From NCBI GenBank assembly GCA_031286065.1, contig JAITUZ010000040.1:3262-67261 (forward strand): a stretch of 64,000 nt of DNA, given 5' to 3'. The notes under the pieces are model-generated. The model was not told where the DNA came from, did not search any database, and saw only the letters and a list, made by a program, of their open reading frames with translations. The position numbers and the translations under genes were made by a program. The DNA is from Candidatus Methanimicrococcus odontotermitis. GTDB taxonomy: Archaea; Halobacteriota; Methanosarcinia; Methanosarcinales; Methanosarcinaceae. Of the stretch, positions 37,134 to 48,667 are shown piece by piece. Positions within the stretch are counted from its first letter, which is position 1; each line of letters opens with the position of its first letter.

Positions 37134-39623
37134 ATGTTATGGATCCTTTTTGCCGGAAAGGGAAAAACTTTCACGGCTCTGATCATTGAAGATAAAAAAC
37201 GGGAACCTTTGTGGGTCGGGGAGCTGGAGCTGAAACAAAATACGGCCGGATTCCGCCCTTACAAAATCAGGGTTTTGAAAAAAAACGGAAAAACGCTTTC
37301 GGATGAAGAATATTATTCGGCAAAAGAGTTTATCGATCTTTTGAAAAAAGCGAACCGGATTATGGTTTCAAAAGAAACGTCGCCGAAAAACCGCGGCGAA
37401 CTCGAAGACATGTTCAAAGCGTATCAGCTCAAATTCGATATCGTTGAAATCTGCCGTCATTGCCTTCTTCAGAAACGCTTCAATTTTCTCAACAAATCCT
37501 CCGTTAAATACGGCAAGGAATACATTTGTCCCGACTGCGCAAACGACGAACTCAAAAAAGCGCTCCGCAATTCCAAACATCATATGGGCGACGCCGCGAT
37601 GGATTTTTTTGATCGGGTCATGGACCGTACCAAAGATTTCGACAAAACGCTCTCCATGCTCAACGCCGACCATTTAGATGAAACGACAACAAAATACGAC
37701 ACAGTCGTCTCCTCCAAAGATGAAAAAAGAATGCCGATTAAGTCGCTTCCGATTCACAAACGGCTCAAAGATCTCCTTCTTAAAAAATCCAAAGACCTTA
37801 TGCCCGTTCAGGCTTTGGCGATTGAAGCCGGTCTTCTGAAACACCAAAATTTAATGATCGTATCGGCGACAGCCACCGGAAAAACGCTTGTCGGTGAAAT
37901 CGCGGGCGTTGAAAACGTGCTGTCTGAAAAAGGAAAAATGCTTTACCTCGTCCCGCTGGTCGCGCTTGCCAATCAGAAATACGACCAATTCACGACACGT
38001 TACAATGAAATCGGGATCAAAACATCCATTCGAATCGGCGCCGAGATGATCAAAACCAAAGAAACGTCGTTCATGAAAAAGACACTCGATTCTGACATCA
38101 TTGTCGGCACTTACGAAGGCATCGATCACCTTCTTCGTCTCGGCAACGCCGACGCTCTCGGGAAAGTCGGAACAGTCGTTATTGATGAAGTGCACATGCT
38201 CACCGATGCCGAGCGCGGCCACCGCTTAGACGGACTCATCGCGCGCCTGCGCTATACGGTTCCTGAAGCTCAATTCATTTATCTTTCCGCGACTGTCGGG
38301 AATCCGAATTATTTCGCCGAAAAACTCGGGGCGGCTCTTGTCGTTTATGAAAACCGCCCCGTTCCGATTGATCGTCATTTGGTTTTTGTTCAGGAACATG
38401 AAAAAAATATTTTAATGACGCAGCTGATTCAAGACGAGTGGAATATCAAATCTTCTAAAGGGCACCGCGGACAAACGATTATTTTTACAAATTCACGTGC
38501 CAACTGCCAAAACATTTCAAACGCGCTGCCGATGACATCTGCTTATTATCACGCCGGATTGAATCAGCGCGAACGAAAAACAGTTGAAACAAAATTCGGA
38601 AACGGTGAAATTCCTGTGGTTGTTACGACCGCGGCGCTTGCGGCAGGCGTTGATTTTCCCGCGTCGCAGGTTATTTTTGAATCGCTGGCGATGGGCATTG
38701 ACTGGCTGACCGTTCAAGATTTCCTTCAGATGAGCGGCCGCGCGGGACGTCCGGATTACCATGACCGCGGCATTGTCGTTTTAATGCCGGTTCCCGGAAA
38801 AACATATTTGTCCGGAACGAAAGAATCCGAAGAAGACGTCGCCGTTTGTTTGCTGAAAGGAACGCTGTCGGATGACGATTTTGACTATAATGAAGAAAAC
38901 CAGCTGGAAGAACTGCTAGCCTCCGTTTCCGTCACCTCTTTCAAACCGGATCTGCTGAAAATCCTGTCAGCGATGTTCGGGTCAATTAATGAAAATATAA
39001 TGCTGCTGAAACTTCAGAAATATAAGTTCATTGAACTCAAAGGGCAGACGGTTGCTCAAACCGAACTCGGGCAGATCGCGTCAGCGCACTTCTTATCGGT
39101 TTCCAAAACTTTCATGATTACGGATTCCATTAAAGCGAATATCTCGGCGCTTCGTATCATCACGAATTTGGAGTTTTTCACGGGCGCGGTGTTCAAATAC
39201 GCCGAGCAGATCTCCAAAGATCTTCGAATAAATCTGCCGTCGCGTGTTTTCCAAGGATCTTTTTTAGACATTATTTTCGACGGCACTGTTCTAAACGCCG
39301 TCAGCCCGAAATACCGGCAGCTGCTTCTTAATTTTGCCGGAGACATGTTTGTCTGCTCTTGTAAAGAATCGCCTTATTGCGGGTGCGCCGAGCGCAAATT
39401 CTCTGAAAAGATTCTTCTGCTTCGGATGAAAGGCATGGAGCCGCTTGCAGTCATCCGCGAACTGGAATACGAATACGGAATCACGGCTTATGTCGGCGAT
39501 GTTTTTTCTTATCTGGAAGACGCTGTTCGAAATTTAGAAGCGGTGGAATTGATTGCCAAAACGATGAAAAAAGACGGTTTGGCAAAGGAAGCGAAAGACC
39601 TGCGGCTGAAAATACGCGGCTGA
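37134..39623 (+). CDS. SF2 DEAD/DEAH (Ski2/Hel308-like) helicase, archaea-specific
   Basis: SATATGKT, DEVH, SAT, QMSGRAGR; C-terminal CSCKESPYCGC. Confidence 0.92.
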   Translation: MLWILFAGKGKTFTALIIEDKKREPLWVGELELKQNTAGFRPYKIRVLKKNGKTLSDEEYYSAKEFIDLLKKANRIMVSKETSPKNRGELEDMFKAYQLKFDIVEICRHCLLQKRFNFLNKSSVKYGKEYICPDCANDELKKALRNSKHHMGDAAMDFFDRVMDRTKDFDKTLSMLNADHLDETTTKYDTVVSSKDEKRMPIKSLPIHKRLKDLLLKKSKDLMPVQALAIEAGLLKHQNLMIVSATATGKTLVGEIAGVENVLSEKGKMLYLVPLVALANQKYDQFTTRYNEIGIKTSIRIGAEMIKTKETSFMKKTLDSDIIVGTYEGIDHLLRLGNADALGKVGTVVIDEVHMLTDAERGHRLDGLIARLRYTVPEAQFIYLSATVGNPNYFAEKLGAALVVYENRPVPIDRHLVFVQEHEKNILMTQLIQDEWNIKSSKGHRGQTIIFTNSRANCQNISNALPMTSAYYHAGLNQRERKTVETKFGNGEIPVVVTTAALAAGVDFPASQVIFESLAMGIDWLTVQDFLQMSGRAGRPDYHDRGIVVLMPVPGKTYLSGTKESEEDVAVCLLKGTLSDDDFDYNEENQLEELLASVSVTSFKPDLLKILSAMFGSINENIMLLKLQKYKFIELKGQTVAQTELGQIASAHFLSVSKTFMITDSIKANISALRIITNLEFFTGAVFKYAEQISKDLRINLPSRVFQGSFLDIIFDGTVLNAVSPKYRQLLLNFAGDMFVCSCKESPYCGCAERKFSEKILLLRMKGMEPLAVIRELEYEYGITAYVGDVFSYLEDAVRNLEAVELIAKTMKKDGLAKEAKDLRLKIRG

Positions 39624-39746
39624 AAATACACAGTTGAAACCGAAAAAAGGAAAAATCAAATTAAATCAAATCTGCGAAAGTATGAAACATCTTTAAATAA
39701 TGTTGAAATTATTCATTCAATCTGTTGAATTCATAAAAAACAGGCG

Positions 39747-40145
39747 ATGTTCATGACGGACGAAAATATTCCTCAAAAAATGCCGGTACAGCCCATGCTC
39801 GGGCAGCCGATTGAAATTGTGATTGAAGTTTCCAAAGAAGAGGACTTCAAGCGGTTCTACGCCATCGGCGCGATCGGCGTCAACAATATCTACGATTTCC
39901 GAGTCAGTTTTTACAATGATGATCCGGAACTCGGTCAAAGAAACAGCTTCAAAAAAATTCAGCGTAAAATCGGGACAGAAGTCATTCTTTCTCCGGTGGC
40001 GGCCAAAGAACTGGCGCGCTGGCTCACGCAAAATGTCAAAGACTATGAGAGCAAATTCGGTGAAATCAAAAGCCAATCCGCTCCGAAAGCAAATTCGAAA
40101 GGAACGGCGGACAGCGACAGTACCGTTTTAGACGGATACGCGTAA
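39747..40145 (+). CDS. DUF3467-like conserved protein
   Basis: FKRFYAIGAIG..YDFRVSFYND..EVILSPVAAKELARWL. Confidence 0.75.
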   Translation: MFMTDENIPQKMPVQPMLGQPIEIVIEVSKEEDFKRFYAIGAIGVNNIYDFRVSFYNDDPELGQRNSFKKIQRKIGTEVILSPVAAKELARWLTQNVKDYESKFGEIKSQSAPKANSKGTADSDSTVLDGYA

Positions 40146-40286
40146 ACAGATCTGTATATAAACCTTTATATCTAATAAATGCAATTTTACAGCCGGAGTC
40201 TGAATCTTTTTTTGGTTTTTCAGAAATAAGTTTCGGATTTTTCCGCATTCAATCCATTTTTATTCAAGTAAAAGAGAGGGATTATT

Positions 40287-40511
40287 TTGTTCCCAAATAA
40301 AAAAGTTCAGAAAATTGTCGGTTCACGCGTTCTTGTTGAAATGAAGGGCGACGCAAACCTCCTTGAAGGCACGCTCAGCACGGTTGATGACTATATGAAT
40401 CTCCATTTGGTCGACACATTTGAAATCGTTAACGGTCAAAAAGAAAGATCACTCAAGTCCGTTGTTTTGAGAGGCAATAATATCATTTTGATTACGCCGG
40501 TCGATGAATAA
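40287..40511 (+). CDS. Sm-like archaeal protein (Lsm/SmAP)
   Basis: GTLSTVDDYMNLHL, VVLRGNNI; TTG start. Confidence 0.92.
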   Translation: MFPNKKVQKIVGSRVLVEMKGDANLLEGTLSTVDDYMNLHLVDTFEIVNGQKERSLKSVVLRGNNIILITPVDE

Positions 40512-40581
40512 ACTCTCAAGCTCTCTTCAGCGATTTTTTGGTTTTTCCAAAAATAATTAAGCTAAATCAAAGGAGAACAAC

Positions 40582-41589
40582 ATGAGCACAACTGCAAAGA
40601 AAGAGAGTACAAAAAAAGAGAGTACGAAAAGCGCAAAAGCGAAGGTTGCCGAAGCTTCGGTAAACGAAAGCAAAACCTCCGCTCCAAAAAAAGCGCCGCA
40701 GCGCAAAACCGCAGCGTCCGCGCCGGCTTCAAATCAACCTGAATCAAAGGGTCCTTCCGAAAAAACTGTAAAGAAAATACGCGCCGAAAAAACAAAAGCC
40801 GCAGAAGTCATTCCGGCTGAGGAAACCGCTGTCAAAACAAAAACGGCGCGTCAATCTAAAACCGCTGAAAAACCCGCCCCTGCGGAGGAACCGGTTGAAA
40901 AAACCGCGGCAAAGCGCACCTCCTCCCATAAAAAAAAGGCGGATGAAATCATAAGCGATGCCGTTGACTCGGATAAACACAAAAATTTCGCGGACTTGGA
41001 TAAACTCAAAAATTCCGCTGATTCGGGTGACCTTAAAGATTCCGGTTCCGCCAAAAAACCCGGCCGAAAAAGCAAAAAGGATGAAGAAAAGGAAATCGCT
41101 GAATCTGACGACGGCGCCGACATTGAAACAAGAGTCTATAATTTGATTAAAAACGCTTCCGGCCCTGTTTATCAAAATAATATTTGGAAACAGTTGAATA
41201 TTGACAGCCGCAAATGTTCCCGCATTCTGAAAAAACTGATGGACTCCGGTCAGATCCTTCGTGAAGAAGCCGTTGTCGGCGGGTCGAAGACTTATCTTTT
41301 AAAGACAGTCGCAGAAGAGCGTAAGAAAAATTATGACGTTTTAATGGTCAAAGGCATCTTTTCACCGTGTACAGGCTGTATCGGCGAATGCCGCCCCGAA
41401 TATTGTCCGGCATTGACGCTTTGGATTCTGAATATCCATGAAAAACCCGAAGAGTTTTATGCGGCGATGGGCTGCAACAGTACTGCGGCAGAACCCGAAC
41501 ACAGTGAAATTGAAATGCCGCCTGAATTCCTTGAAGGAGTGGAGGCGGACGCATATGAATTATCAGATGAAGAACTCGTTTTTGAATAA
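40582..41589 (+). CDS. winged-HTH protein with a Cys cluster and a long Lys/Ala/Glu-rich N-terminal extension
   Basis: YQNNIWKQLNIDSRKCSRILKKL; FSPCTGCIGECRPEYC. Confidence 0.75.
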   Translation: MSTTAKKESTKKESTKSAKAKVAEASVNESKTSAPKKAPQRKTAASAPASNQPESKGPSEKTVKKIRAEKTKAAEVIPAEETAVKTKTARQSKTAEKPAPAEEPVEKTAAKRTSSHKKKADEIISDAVDSDKHKNFADLDKLKNSADSGDLKDSGSAKKPGRKSKKDEEKEIAESDDGADIETRVYNLIKNASGPVYQNNIWKQLNIDSRKCSRILKKLMDSGQILREEAVVGGSKTYLLKTVAEERKKNYDVLMVKGIFSPCTGCIGECRPEYCPALTLWILNIHEKPEEFYAAMGCNSTAAEPEHSEIEMPPEFLEGVEADAYELSDEELVFE

Positions 41590-41850
41590 TGCGCAAACAT
41601 TTTTCAAAACGACTTCTTTTTTTATTTTTCATTTCGTTTCATACGTTTTTCTTTTTTATTTCGCTCCATACTGATTTCATAGTTTTTATACACCGTTTCA
41701 TTCATTCGGGTCTTATTTGCGTTCAAAAAGAATCGCGGACGGAATAACCAAAATGTATATATACCAGCGATTCCTTGTTATGCACTGTTCACAAGCCGAA
41801 AAAGGAAGCGTGAACCTCTTTAGATAAAAAACGATAGTATATTCCAATAT

Positions 41851-41925
41851 GCTCCAGTAGTGTAGCTCGGCCAATCATTCCGGCCTTTCGAGCCGAAGAC
41901 TCGGGTTCAAATCCCGACTGGAGCA
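41851..41925 (+). tRNA. tRNA-Glu(TTC)
   Basis: GCTCCAG...CGGC-CTTTCGA-GCCG...TTCAAAT...CTGGAGCA. Confidence 0.95.
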
Positions 41926-42046
41926 TTTCTTATGATATTAAACAAAGTCGCATCATCCTGTTTTAAGGATAGTCTTTATATACGTCTTTTTTTCAAAAGA
42001 ACAGTTTCCAAAGGGATTTCAAACCCGCGAATTTTTTCCCGAAAAA

Positions 42047-42502
42047 TTAAGAAATCGAAAACTTCTGCTCTAAAATAATAGTCTCATTGGCAGATAAGTC
42101 GTATATTTCTTTTTGGAATTTATAATATCCTTTTGGCAATTCTCCAAGCCAAATATGATAATTATAAGTTCTATTGATTTCAGAATGCGGCATAATCGTA
42201 TACATAAGTGCTGTACAGGTCCATGAGTCGACAATAGGTTCTGCATACTCCCACGACTCATTTTTATACACATACAGGAACGGACCGCAATCACCGCCGA
42301 AGCCGTACTCTTTGCCGGTCGGATTTTCAAGTGTATAAGAAATACTGCTTTGCGTCACTTTTTGAATTGTCATTGTCACTCCGGAATCTGTTGAATTCCG
42401 GCCGTCATTGTTTACTTTGTTCACGACAGCCCACGCGCCGCAAATTAGGATTAATATGACTGCCGTGACGAGAACAGCTTGATACGATTTAATGTACGGC
42501 AT
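42047..42502 (-). CDS. membrane-anchored Ig-like domain protein
   Basis: N-terminal TM; YTLENPTGKEYGFG...W...GELPKGYYKFQK. Confidence 0.65.
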   Translation of the reverse strand: MPYIKSYQAVLVTAVILILICGAWAVVNKVNNDGRNSTDSGVTMTIQKVTQSSISYTLENPTGKEYGFGGDCGPFLYVYKNESWEYAEPIVDSWTCTALMYTIMPHSEINRTYNYHIWLGELPKGYYKFQKEIYDLSANETIILEQKFSIS

Positions 42503-42654
42503 TCTTCCGCTCGGTGAATTTAAAATAAATTTTGAAAGAGAGATTTACGCAACAAATAATTGATTGATTTATTTTATAAACACACAATAATATTATAAAT
42601 ATATAATCTATCCGTTATAATTCATTAAAATCTGCAGTCCGCCTCAATATTTTT

Positions 42655-44106
42655 TCAAATAACGCCGAGTTCCTTCAATCTGTCAGGCAGATATGTGTCC
42701 GTCACGAAGTCCAAACCTTTGCCGGCAAACGCCTGCTGTTCAGCTTTCTTGCCGATTTCAAGCTGGAGATTTATCTGCTCTTTCCAGTAATCCGATTCAA
42801 AACGCGGGTCGGAAAGTTCGCTTCTCAGCGCCGCGATATCCTGTTCGGACAATTTGTCCGTCGCCAGTTCATACTCGACAATGTCAGACGGCTGAACGCC
42901 GATGAACTTCGCGTCCGGCGTCGCCATATATTCAGAAAGGTGCGCACTTTTGATAGCACCGTAAGCAATCGATGAAAAAATACGGTAAGACCAAGGGTCA
43001 CCGTCCGTAAAAACGGTTGTGGGTATGCCGAGTTCCGTATTCAGGCGGCGGATTATCCGGCGCGTCGAACGGGCAGGCTGGCCTTTGAGGTGGACTAAAA
43101 TCGCATTGTATCTCTCATCAAATCCGTTCTCGATCAAACGCGCGTACATACCGCCCGTTTCAACGGCAACGATCATGGAAGCGTCATGTTCCAAAAATTC
43201 AATATTTTCAACATTGAAAGGGATTTGATAACCGCCTTCGCCGATATCTTTTTGGCAGTGGATGTCACGTGAGCCGCGTTTCGTTTCTTCACGAAGCAGC
43301 AGCGGACCGTACATCGTCGCGCCGTCCTCTTCCGGCCGGATGTGGAAAAACTCACGCTGCGCGCCCGTGATAATCTCTAAATCCTCAATCAATCGGTCAC
43401 TTTCAGTCTGCGCGTGGAATTTGGCGGCGCCCCATCCTTCCGAAATGTAATACAACTCTCTTAATGTCGAATTACGGTTGTTTTTCAAATGTTCCTGCAC
43501 CACAAAATCCGAGACCGAGACTGTCCGCAGCAGCTGATGCGCGCCTTTGACAGTTTTGGCGGAGCGCTCGCTTTCGATATCGCCGTAGACCCAAACATCA
43601 CTTTCATCACTGTAAGCCAGGTTTTTCTTCGTTCTCGACGGCATCAGAACATGAGGAACATGACCGTTTTCAAATTGTTCATAAAATATTCCGGCCAAAC
43701 CAACGAGTTTGTTTTTTGTCCACGCGTCATTTTCAAGTTTTTTATCGGCGACCCTTTTTTTGTATTCCGCCGAATTTCTGTCGATGTTTGCGGTTTCCGC
43801 ATCCATTCTTCTCAGCGGCGGCATGTCTTCTTCAAATTTTGATTTCAGCCGGCCCGATCCGTCAAATAAATCCGATTCGGCCTCGAGGAATTTTTCATCC
43901 TCGCCGCCGAATTCATCCGAAGTGTCATCTTCAGAATATTCCGCCGATTTCGCCGGCTGATAAGAAGATAAGCCGTCTTCTTCTTCATAATCATCAAAAG
44001 CTTCAAATTCGGCTTCATAATCTTCAGAATCCGAGAAATTCGCCTCTGCAATATTTTCTTCCGACGGTTCTTGATTTTCAGATTTTTTATTATTTTTGCG
44101 GACCAT
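42655..44106 (-). CDS. top6A: DNA topoisomerase VI subunit A with an acidic N-terminal extension
   Basis: [29 protein letters not shown]. Confidence 0.95.
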   Translation of the reverse strand: MVRKNNKKSENQEPSEENIAEANFSDSEDYEAEFEAFDDYEEEDGLSSYQPAKSAEYSEDDTSDEFGGEDEKFLEAESDLFDGSGRLKSKFEEDMPPLRRMDAETANIDRNSAEYKKRVADKKLENDAWTKNKLVGLAGIFYEQFENGHVPHVLMPSRTKKNLAYSDESDVWVYGDIESERSAKTVKGAHQLLRTVSVSDFVVQEHLKNNRNSTLRELYYISEGWGAAKFHAQTESDRLIEDLEIITGAQREFFHIRPEEDGATMYGPLLLREETKRGSRDIHCQKDIGEGGYQIPFNVENIEFLEHDASMIVAVETGGMYARLIENGFDERYNAILVHLKGQPARSTRRIIRRLNTELGIPTTVFTDGDPWSYRIFSSIAYGAIKSAHLSEYMATPDAKFIGVQPSDIVEYELATDKLSEQDIAALRSELSDPRFESDYWKEQINLQLEIGKKAEQQAFAGKGLDFVTDTYLPDRLKELGVI

Positions 44107-44117
44107 ATTCTTTCACC

Positions 44118-46010
44118 TCAAAACAATTCATTGACGGCTTTTGCGCCCGTAACATCTTCCTCATCCAATCCTTCTATAATCACTTCTTCCATATCCGAAA
44201 GTTCATTGTCGTCCGCGCCGTCCAATATAAAACGGAACACTTTTGACCCGCCGTCGGCGACCGTCACTTCCCAAACGTAATCATATTTGTCGCCGATACT
44301 GATAATTGAAGAAGGCGGCGGGCTCGGGGCTTTTATTTCACACGGCAGAATCTGATGCAGTTTGAATTTCCGGCGGGCAGTACCGTAATTGCGGACAGCG
44401 AGAGAAACGAAGTGCTGACGGGACCGGCTGCCCGCTTCGGTTTCAATCGTCCGGTTCACCAGGAGATTGCCCATAATATTGGCAACAGCCGGCTGAATGT
44501 CCGGAACAGGCTTATCCACCATCGCGGCGACTTTTTCCGCCATCTGCGGCAGTAATTTCGTAATAATGACCTCCTTCTCACGGCGTTTTGCCAAATCCCC
44601 CTGCTTTCCGAGATATGTTTTCAGTTTACGGGCAACTTCTTTGACGGCCAGTTCGGTTTCTTCCCGAATGATGTCAATGTCGGCGATCGCGTCTTTGGAT
44701 TCGGAAGTGAACGGGACGTTGGTTGACGCGACATGAATTAAAAGGACGAACGGACCGAACGGAACGCCGCCGCCGGGCTGGCTGATGCCGTACTGCTTCC
44801 ATTTGACACTTTCAATCGCGTGTGTCGTCGCGCAGGCCCCCTGCTGATACAGAAGCGGCACGCGGTTGGCAAAACGCATGATCTGCACTTTCTCTTCTTT
44901 GGGAAAATTGCCGCCGTAAGCGACACCGACTTCAATCACGAACGGGTTGCCTGAATAAATGGCCGGCTTTCTTGAAGCGGTCGCGATGAAGTCAACGCTG
45001 AATTCCTTTTTCAGGCCACGGTAAATCAAATCTTCCGTAATCGGAGACAGGCAGTTTGTTGAAGGCGCGACGATTTTCGCTTTTTTAAAAGCGTTTAAGA
45101 GTTTTACCGCGGCGTTTCTGTCCAATGAGCGCGGGTCAGCTTCGCGGTCCAATCCGGCCGCATCACAAATTTCTTCAGCGATTTGAAGCCCGATTTTTGA
45201 AAAGGAATAGCGCAAAAACGGCGCTAATTTCTGCCGCTCCGTGTTCTGAAGCATTTTCATGAGCATTCCGAGTTCGATTCCGTGCGGATGCGGCAGCACT
45301 TCTTCGGCCTGTTTCGGAATTTGGTCAGTCGCGCGCTCAAAAAGAATCTCATTGCCGTCAGGCTCGGTCAAACGAATGCGGGCATGCGGATTGATGATGG
45401 CGGTCGATTTTAAATATTCATAAACGGACTGCTTTCTGCCTTTGACGTAAGACGCGGCCATTTCAATTTCTATCCGCGTGCCGTGCGCGTTGGGCCAGTC
45501 CGTGATTTTTTCTTCCAAAACGGAAGGGTCGTTTGTACTCGTATCAATCATGAGGTCATAAGAGTACGCCGGCGACAGGCGGTCTACTTTTGAAATAACT
45601 TTGGTTGACTTTCCTGTCGTGATCTGGGAATATAAAACGGCGGCGGAGATACCAATGCCCTGCTGGCCGCGGCTTTGTCTGAGCGCATGGAAACGGGAGC
45701 CGTAGAGAAGTTTCGCAAAGACTTTCGGGATTTGTTCTTTAACAATACCCGGACCGTTGTCTTCGATCGTGATCTGAAGGTAATCCCCTTCACCGCGAGT
45801 GATTTCAACCAAAAGATCCGGCAGAATGCCGGCTTCTTCGCAAGCGTCCAAAGAGTTGTCAACCGCCTCTTTAATTGTTGTAATCAGTGCGCGCGGCGCG
45901 GAATCAAAGCCGAGGATGTGACGGTTCTTTTCAAAAAATTCGGCGACACTGATTGATTTTTGACGCTTTGCCAGCTCTTCGGCAATCGGGGTTTTATCCG
46001 TTTCTTCCAT
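44118..46010 (-). CDS. top6B: DNA topoisomerase VI subunit B
   Basis: [31 protein letters not shown]. Confidence 0.97.
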   Translation of the reverse strand: MEETDKTPIAEELAKRQKSISVAEFFEKNRHILGFDSAPRALITTIKEAVDNSLDACEEAGILPDLLVEITRGEGDYLQITIEDNGPGIVKEQIPKVFAKLLYGSRFHALRQSRGQQGIGISAAVLYSQITTGKSTKVISKVDRLSPAYSYDLMIDTSTNDPSVLEEKITDWPNAHGTRIEIEMAASYVKGRKQSVYEYLKSTAIINPHARIRLTEPDGNEILFERATDQIPKQAEEVLPHPHGIELGMLMKMLQNTERQKLAPFLRYSFSKIGLQIAEEICDAAGLDREADPRSLDRNAAVKLLNAFKKAKIVAPSTNCLSPITEDLIYRGLKKEFSVDFIATASRKPAIYSGNPFVIEVGVAYGGNFPKEEKVQIMRFANRVPLLYQQGACATTHAIESVKWKQYGISQPGGGVPFGPFVLLIHVASTNVPFTSESKDAIADIDIIREETELAVKEVARKLKTYLGKQGDLAKRREKEVIITKLLPQMAEKVAAMVDKPVPDIQPAVANIMGNLLVNRTIETEAGSRSRQHFVSLAVRNYGTARRKFKLHQILPCEIKAPSPPPSSIISIGDKYDYVWEVTVADGGSKVFRFILDGADDNELSDMEEVIIEGLDEEDVTGAKAVNELF

Positions 46011-46351
46011 TAAAAAACTCCTTTTGAAAAATCTGTTTACATTATTTCTGAAAATGCGTCAGCGTCATTCAATATGAATTGTAGAAGCGCTTATTGTTTT
46101 TAAGGTTTTACAAGAGCGTTTTCATTTCTTTTTAAATCTTTGATTGTTTTGAGCGTGACAGTCACTTCCGGCAAAACCGGCTTTTCTTTCTCTTCAAAAA
46201 GACCGTTTGCCGCGATAAAATCGCCTGAATATTCTTTCATGCCGGCTGCCATAGAAATCCTTTCAAACGATGATAAGTATATTAATTAATGTTTTGTATA
46301 AAGAGTGAAAGTATTAAAAATTCAATTTATTTTTATTTTCGGTAAGATACA

Positions 46352-47029
46352 ATGATTTCCGCTCGTTCTTTATTTCCCGTTTTGTCCGATGCTTATCAGC
46401 CGATCGCGGCTGATTCTATTGTTTTTCTTGGTCATCGGCCTTCCGAGTCTGTTTACAGCGGTCTGAAAGAAAAAGCGGGCGCCGAAAAAATCTTCCGCCT
46501 GTCTGTTTTTTTAACGCACAAAGACCGGCTTCTTTTTACCGCGCCTGCGGGTCCGGATATGAATACGGATCCGGAAGATTTGGAATTCTGCGTCAAAGCC
46601 GGGCTTCCGCTGATTCGGAATCTCGGAATCCTTCCGAAAATCGGCATTATATCGGGCGGGCGCGCGGGAGACCTCGGGCGCAATGACACGGTCGACTGCA
46701 CCATTCAAAATGCCGAAGCGCTTGAAAAAAAACTGAACACGGAAGGCATTCCGGCAAAACATTATACGATTTTGATCGAAGAAGCTGTCAAAGAAACGAA
46801 TTTTCTGATCCTGCCGGATTCACTCTCCGGCGAAATGATTCTCAAAACGGTTGCCGGCGTCGGCGAAGGTGTTGAAATCGGAAACATTCTGCTTCTCAAG
46901 CCGCCGGCCGGAACGGCTGTTTCAGACAATAAAATTTACATTGAACAGCTGACAAAAAAAGCCGATTCGGCATATGCGGAAATTTTAAAAGAAGCTTTGG
47001 CCGCTTCTCCCCAGATAAATCTCAGGTGA
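46352..47029 (+). CDS. mtxX: methanogen marker MtxX/Mmp4-like protein
   Basis: IGIISGGRAGDLGRNDTVD, HYTILIEEAV; appears divergent. Confidence 0.7.
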   Translation: MISARSLFPVLSDAYQPIAADSIVFLGHRPSESVYSGLKEKAGAEKIFRLSVFLTHKDRLLFTAPAGPDMNTDPEDLEFCVKAGLPLIRNLGILPKIGIISGGRAGDLGRNDTVDCTIQNAEALEKKLNTEGIPAKHYTILIEEAVKETNFLILPDSLSGEMILKTVAGVGEGVEIGNILLLKPPAGTAVSDNKIYIEQLTKKADSAYAEILKEALAASPQINLR

Positions 47030-48654
47030 ATGATATGGAAACAGCAGGTTTGGACCGTTGGAACGGTTCGGATTTTAAATCCGTTTTATCCGTTTTTGAA
47101 GAAATTTCAAGCATCCCGAGATGCTCCAAAAACGAAGCGCAAATCACTTCATGGCTTGAAAAATTCGGTAAAGAGCGCGGTTTTGAAACAAAAAAAGATA
47201 ACTTCAACAACATCGTGATTCAAATCCCGGCGTCCGCCGACATGAAAGACGCGCCGACGGTCGTTTTGCAGGCGCATACAGACATGGTGTGTGAAAAAGA
47301 AACCGGAACGCCGCATAATTTTGCGGCGGACAGTCTGAAACTTCATTATATTGAAGAAAACGGCGTTCCTTTTTTGACGGCGGAAAAAACAACGCTTGGG
47401 GCAGACAACGGCATCGGTATGGCGTACATGCTGGCAGTCGCCGCATCGGAAAGCATCCGCCATCCGCCGCTGGAACTCTTGTTTACGACCGATGAAGAAA
47501 TCGGATTGACAGGCGCGCAGGGGCTGACGGCTGATTTTATTTCCGGCGCTTATTTGATCAATTTGGATTCCGAAGAAGAAGGCACCCTCATCGCAGGCTG
47601 CGCCGGCGGCACACAAATCGGATTTAAGCGGCTGATTGACATTGAGGACGCCTGCGAGAATGACAGTGCCGCAGAAACCGATGGCGGCGCGCTGCTGCCT
47701 TATGCCGTTGTCGTGTCGGGGCTTCTTGGCGGTCACTCCGGAACGGATATTCATATCGGGCGCGGAAACGCCAACCGAATTTTGATTCGTTTCTTTTCAC
47801 TGCTTGCCGAAAAATATCCGCAGAATCAGATGAAATGGATTCAAATCAAAGGCGGGACCGCTTCAAACACAATCCCGAGGCGCGCCGAAATTTCTTTTGT
47901 CACGGATATTTCATCGGATTCGTTGAAAAGCGAAGCGTTTTCCTTTGCCGAACAAATCAAATCCGCCGCCGATTTTAATGATCCCGATTTAACCGTTAAT
48001 GTTTCCGCTCTTAATTTCCCAAAAGAAAACGGTTCGGCTTTACAATCGTTTTCAGTGAAAAATACGACGCGGATTCTGAATTTCTTATCCGCGGTCCCGA
48101 CCGGCGTTTTTGAAATGTCGGCATCGATTCCCGATTTAGTTTTGCTTTCCGGAAACTTAGCGGTGATTCGAACAAAATCAAACGCGGAATATTTCAAAGG
48201 AATCGAAAAGAACTCGAATATTTTTGATTCGGATTTTTCAACGGAAAAGTCAAAACGTGAATTGGAAGTCACATTCAGTCTTCGTTCCGGGTCCGAATCG
48301 AAACTGAAAGATAAAATGAGAGAAATGATGGCGCTTTCCGAAAAATATCATTTCAACATTGAACTCACACATACATACGCGCCGTGGGAAGCGGAATTCG
48401 GATCCGATTTCTTGAAATCGTGCGCGAACATTTATATGAAAACTTTTGGAAAAGAAGCGAAAATCACGGCGATCCACGCCGGTTTGGAATGCGGCGTTTT
48501 CCGCAGGACGTTTCCTTCCATGAAAATGATTTCAATCGGCCCCGATATCATCGGCGCGCATACGCCGGACGAAAAACTCAATTTGGAAGCGGCGGAAAAA
48601 GTTTGGATTTATCTGAAAGAAATCTTAAAATCGTTTCCGAATGCAAACGGTTAA
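47026..48654 (+). CDS. pepD: aminoacyl-histidine dipeptidase (M20)
   Basis: QAHTDMVCEK, LGADNGIG, DEEIGL, NLDSE, GGHSG, HAGLECG, AHTPDE. Confidence 0.93.
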   Translation: MNDMETAGLDRWNGSDFKSVLSVFEEISSIPRCSKNEAQITSWLEKFGKERGFETKKDNFNNIVIQIPASADMKDAPTVVLQAHTDMVCEKETGTPHNFAADSLKLHYIEENGVPFLTAEKTTLGADNGIGMAYMLAVAASESIRHPPLELLFTTDEEIGLTGAQGLTADFISGAYLINLDSEEEGTLIAGCAGGTQIGFKRLIDIEDACENDSAAETDGGALLPYAVVVSGLLGGHSGTDIHIGRGNANRILIRFFSLLAEKYPQNQMKWIQIKGGTASNTIPRRAEISFVTDISSDSLKSEAFSFAEQIKSAADFNDPDLTVNVSALNFPKENGSALQSFSVKNTTRILNFLSAVPTGVFEMSASIPDLVLLSGNLAVIRTKSNAEYFKGIEKNSNIFDSDFSTEKSKRELEVTFSLRSGSESKLKDKMREMMALSEKYHFNIELTHTYAPWEAEFGSDFLKSCANIYMKTFGKEAKITAIHAGLECGVFRRTFPSMKMISIGPDIIGAHTPDEKLNLEAAEKVWIYLKEILKSFPNANG

Positions 48655-48667
48655 ATGACATGTTTTC

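Noticed and set aside
41925-42560. Integrated element at tRNA-Glu
   Set aside because: Only one Ig-like gene follows; no integrase or tRNA 3' repeat seen
46100-46252. 50-aa minus-strand ORF upstream of top6B (MAAGMKEYSGDFIAANG...)
   Set aside because: No recognisable motif (not a histone fold); cannot be supported without a conservation search
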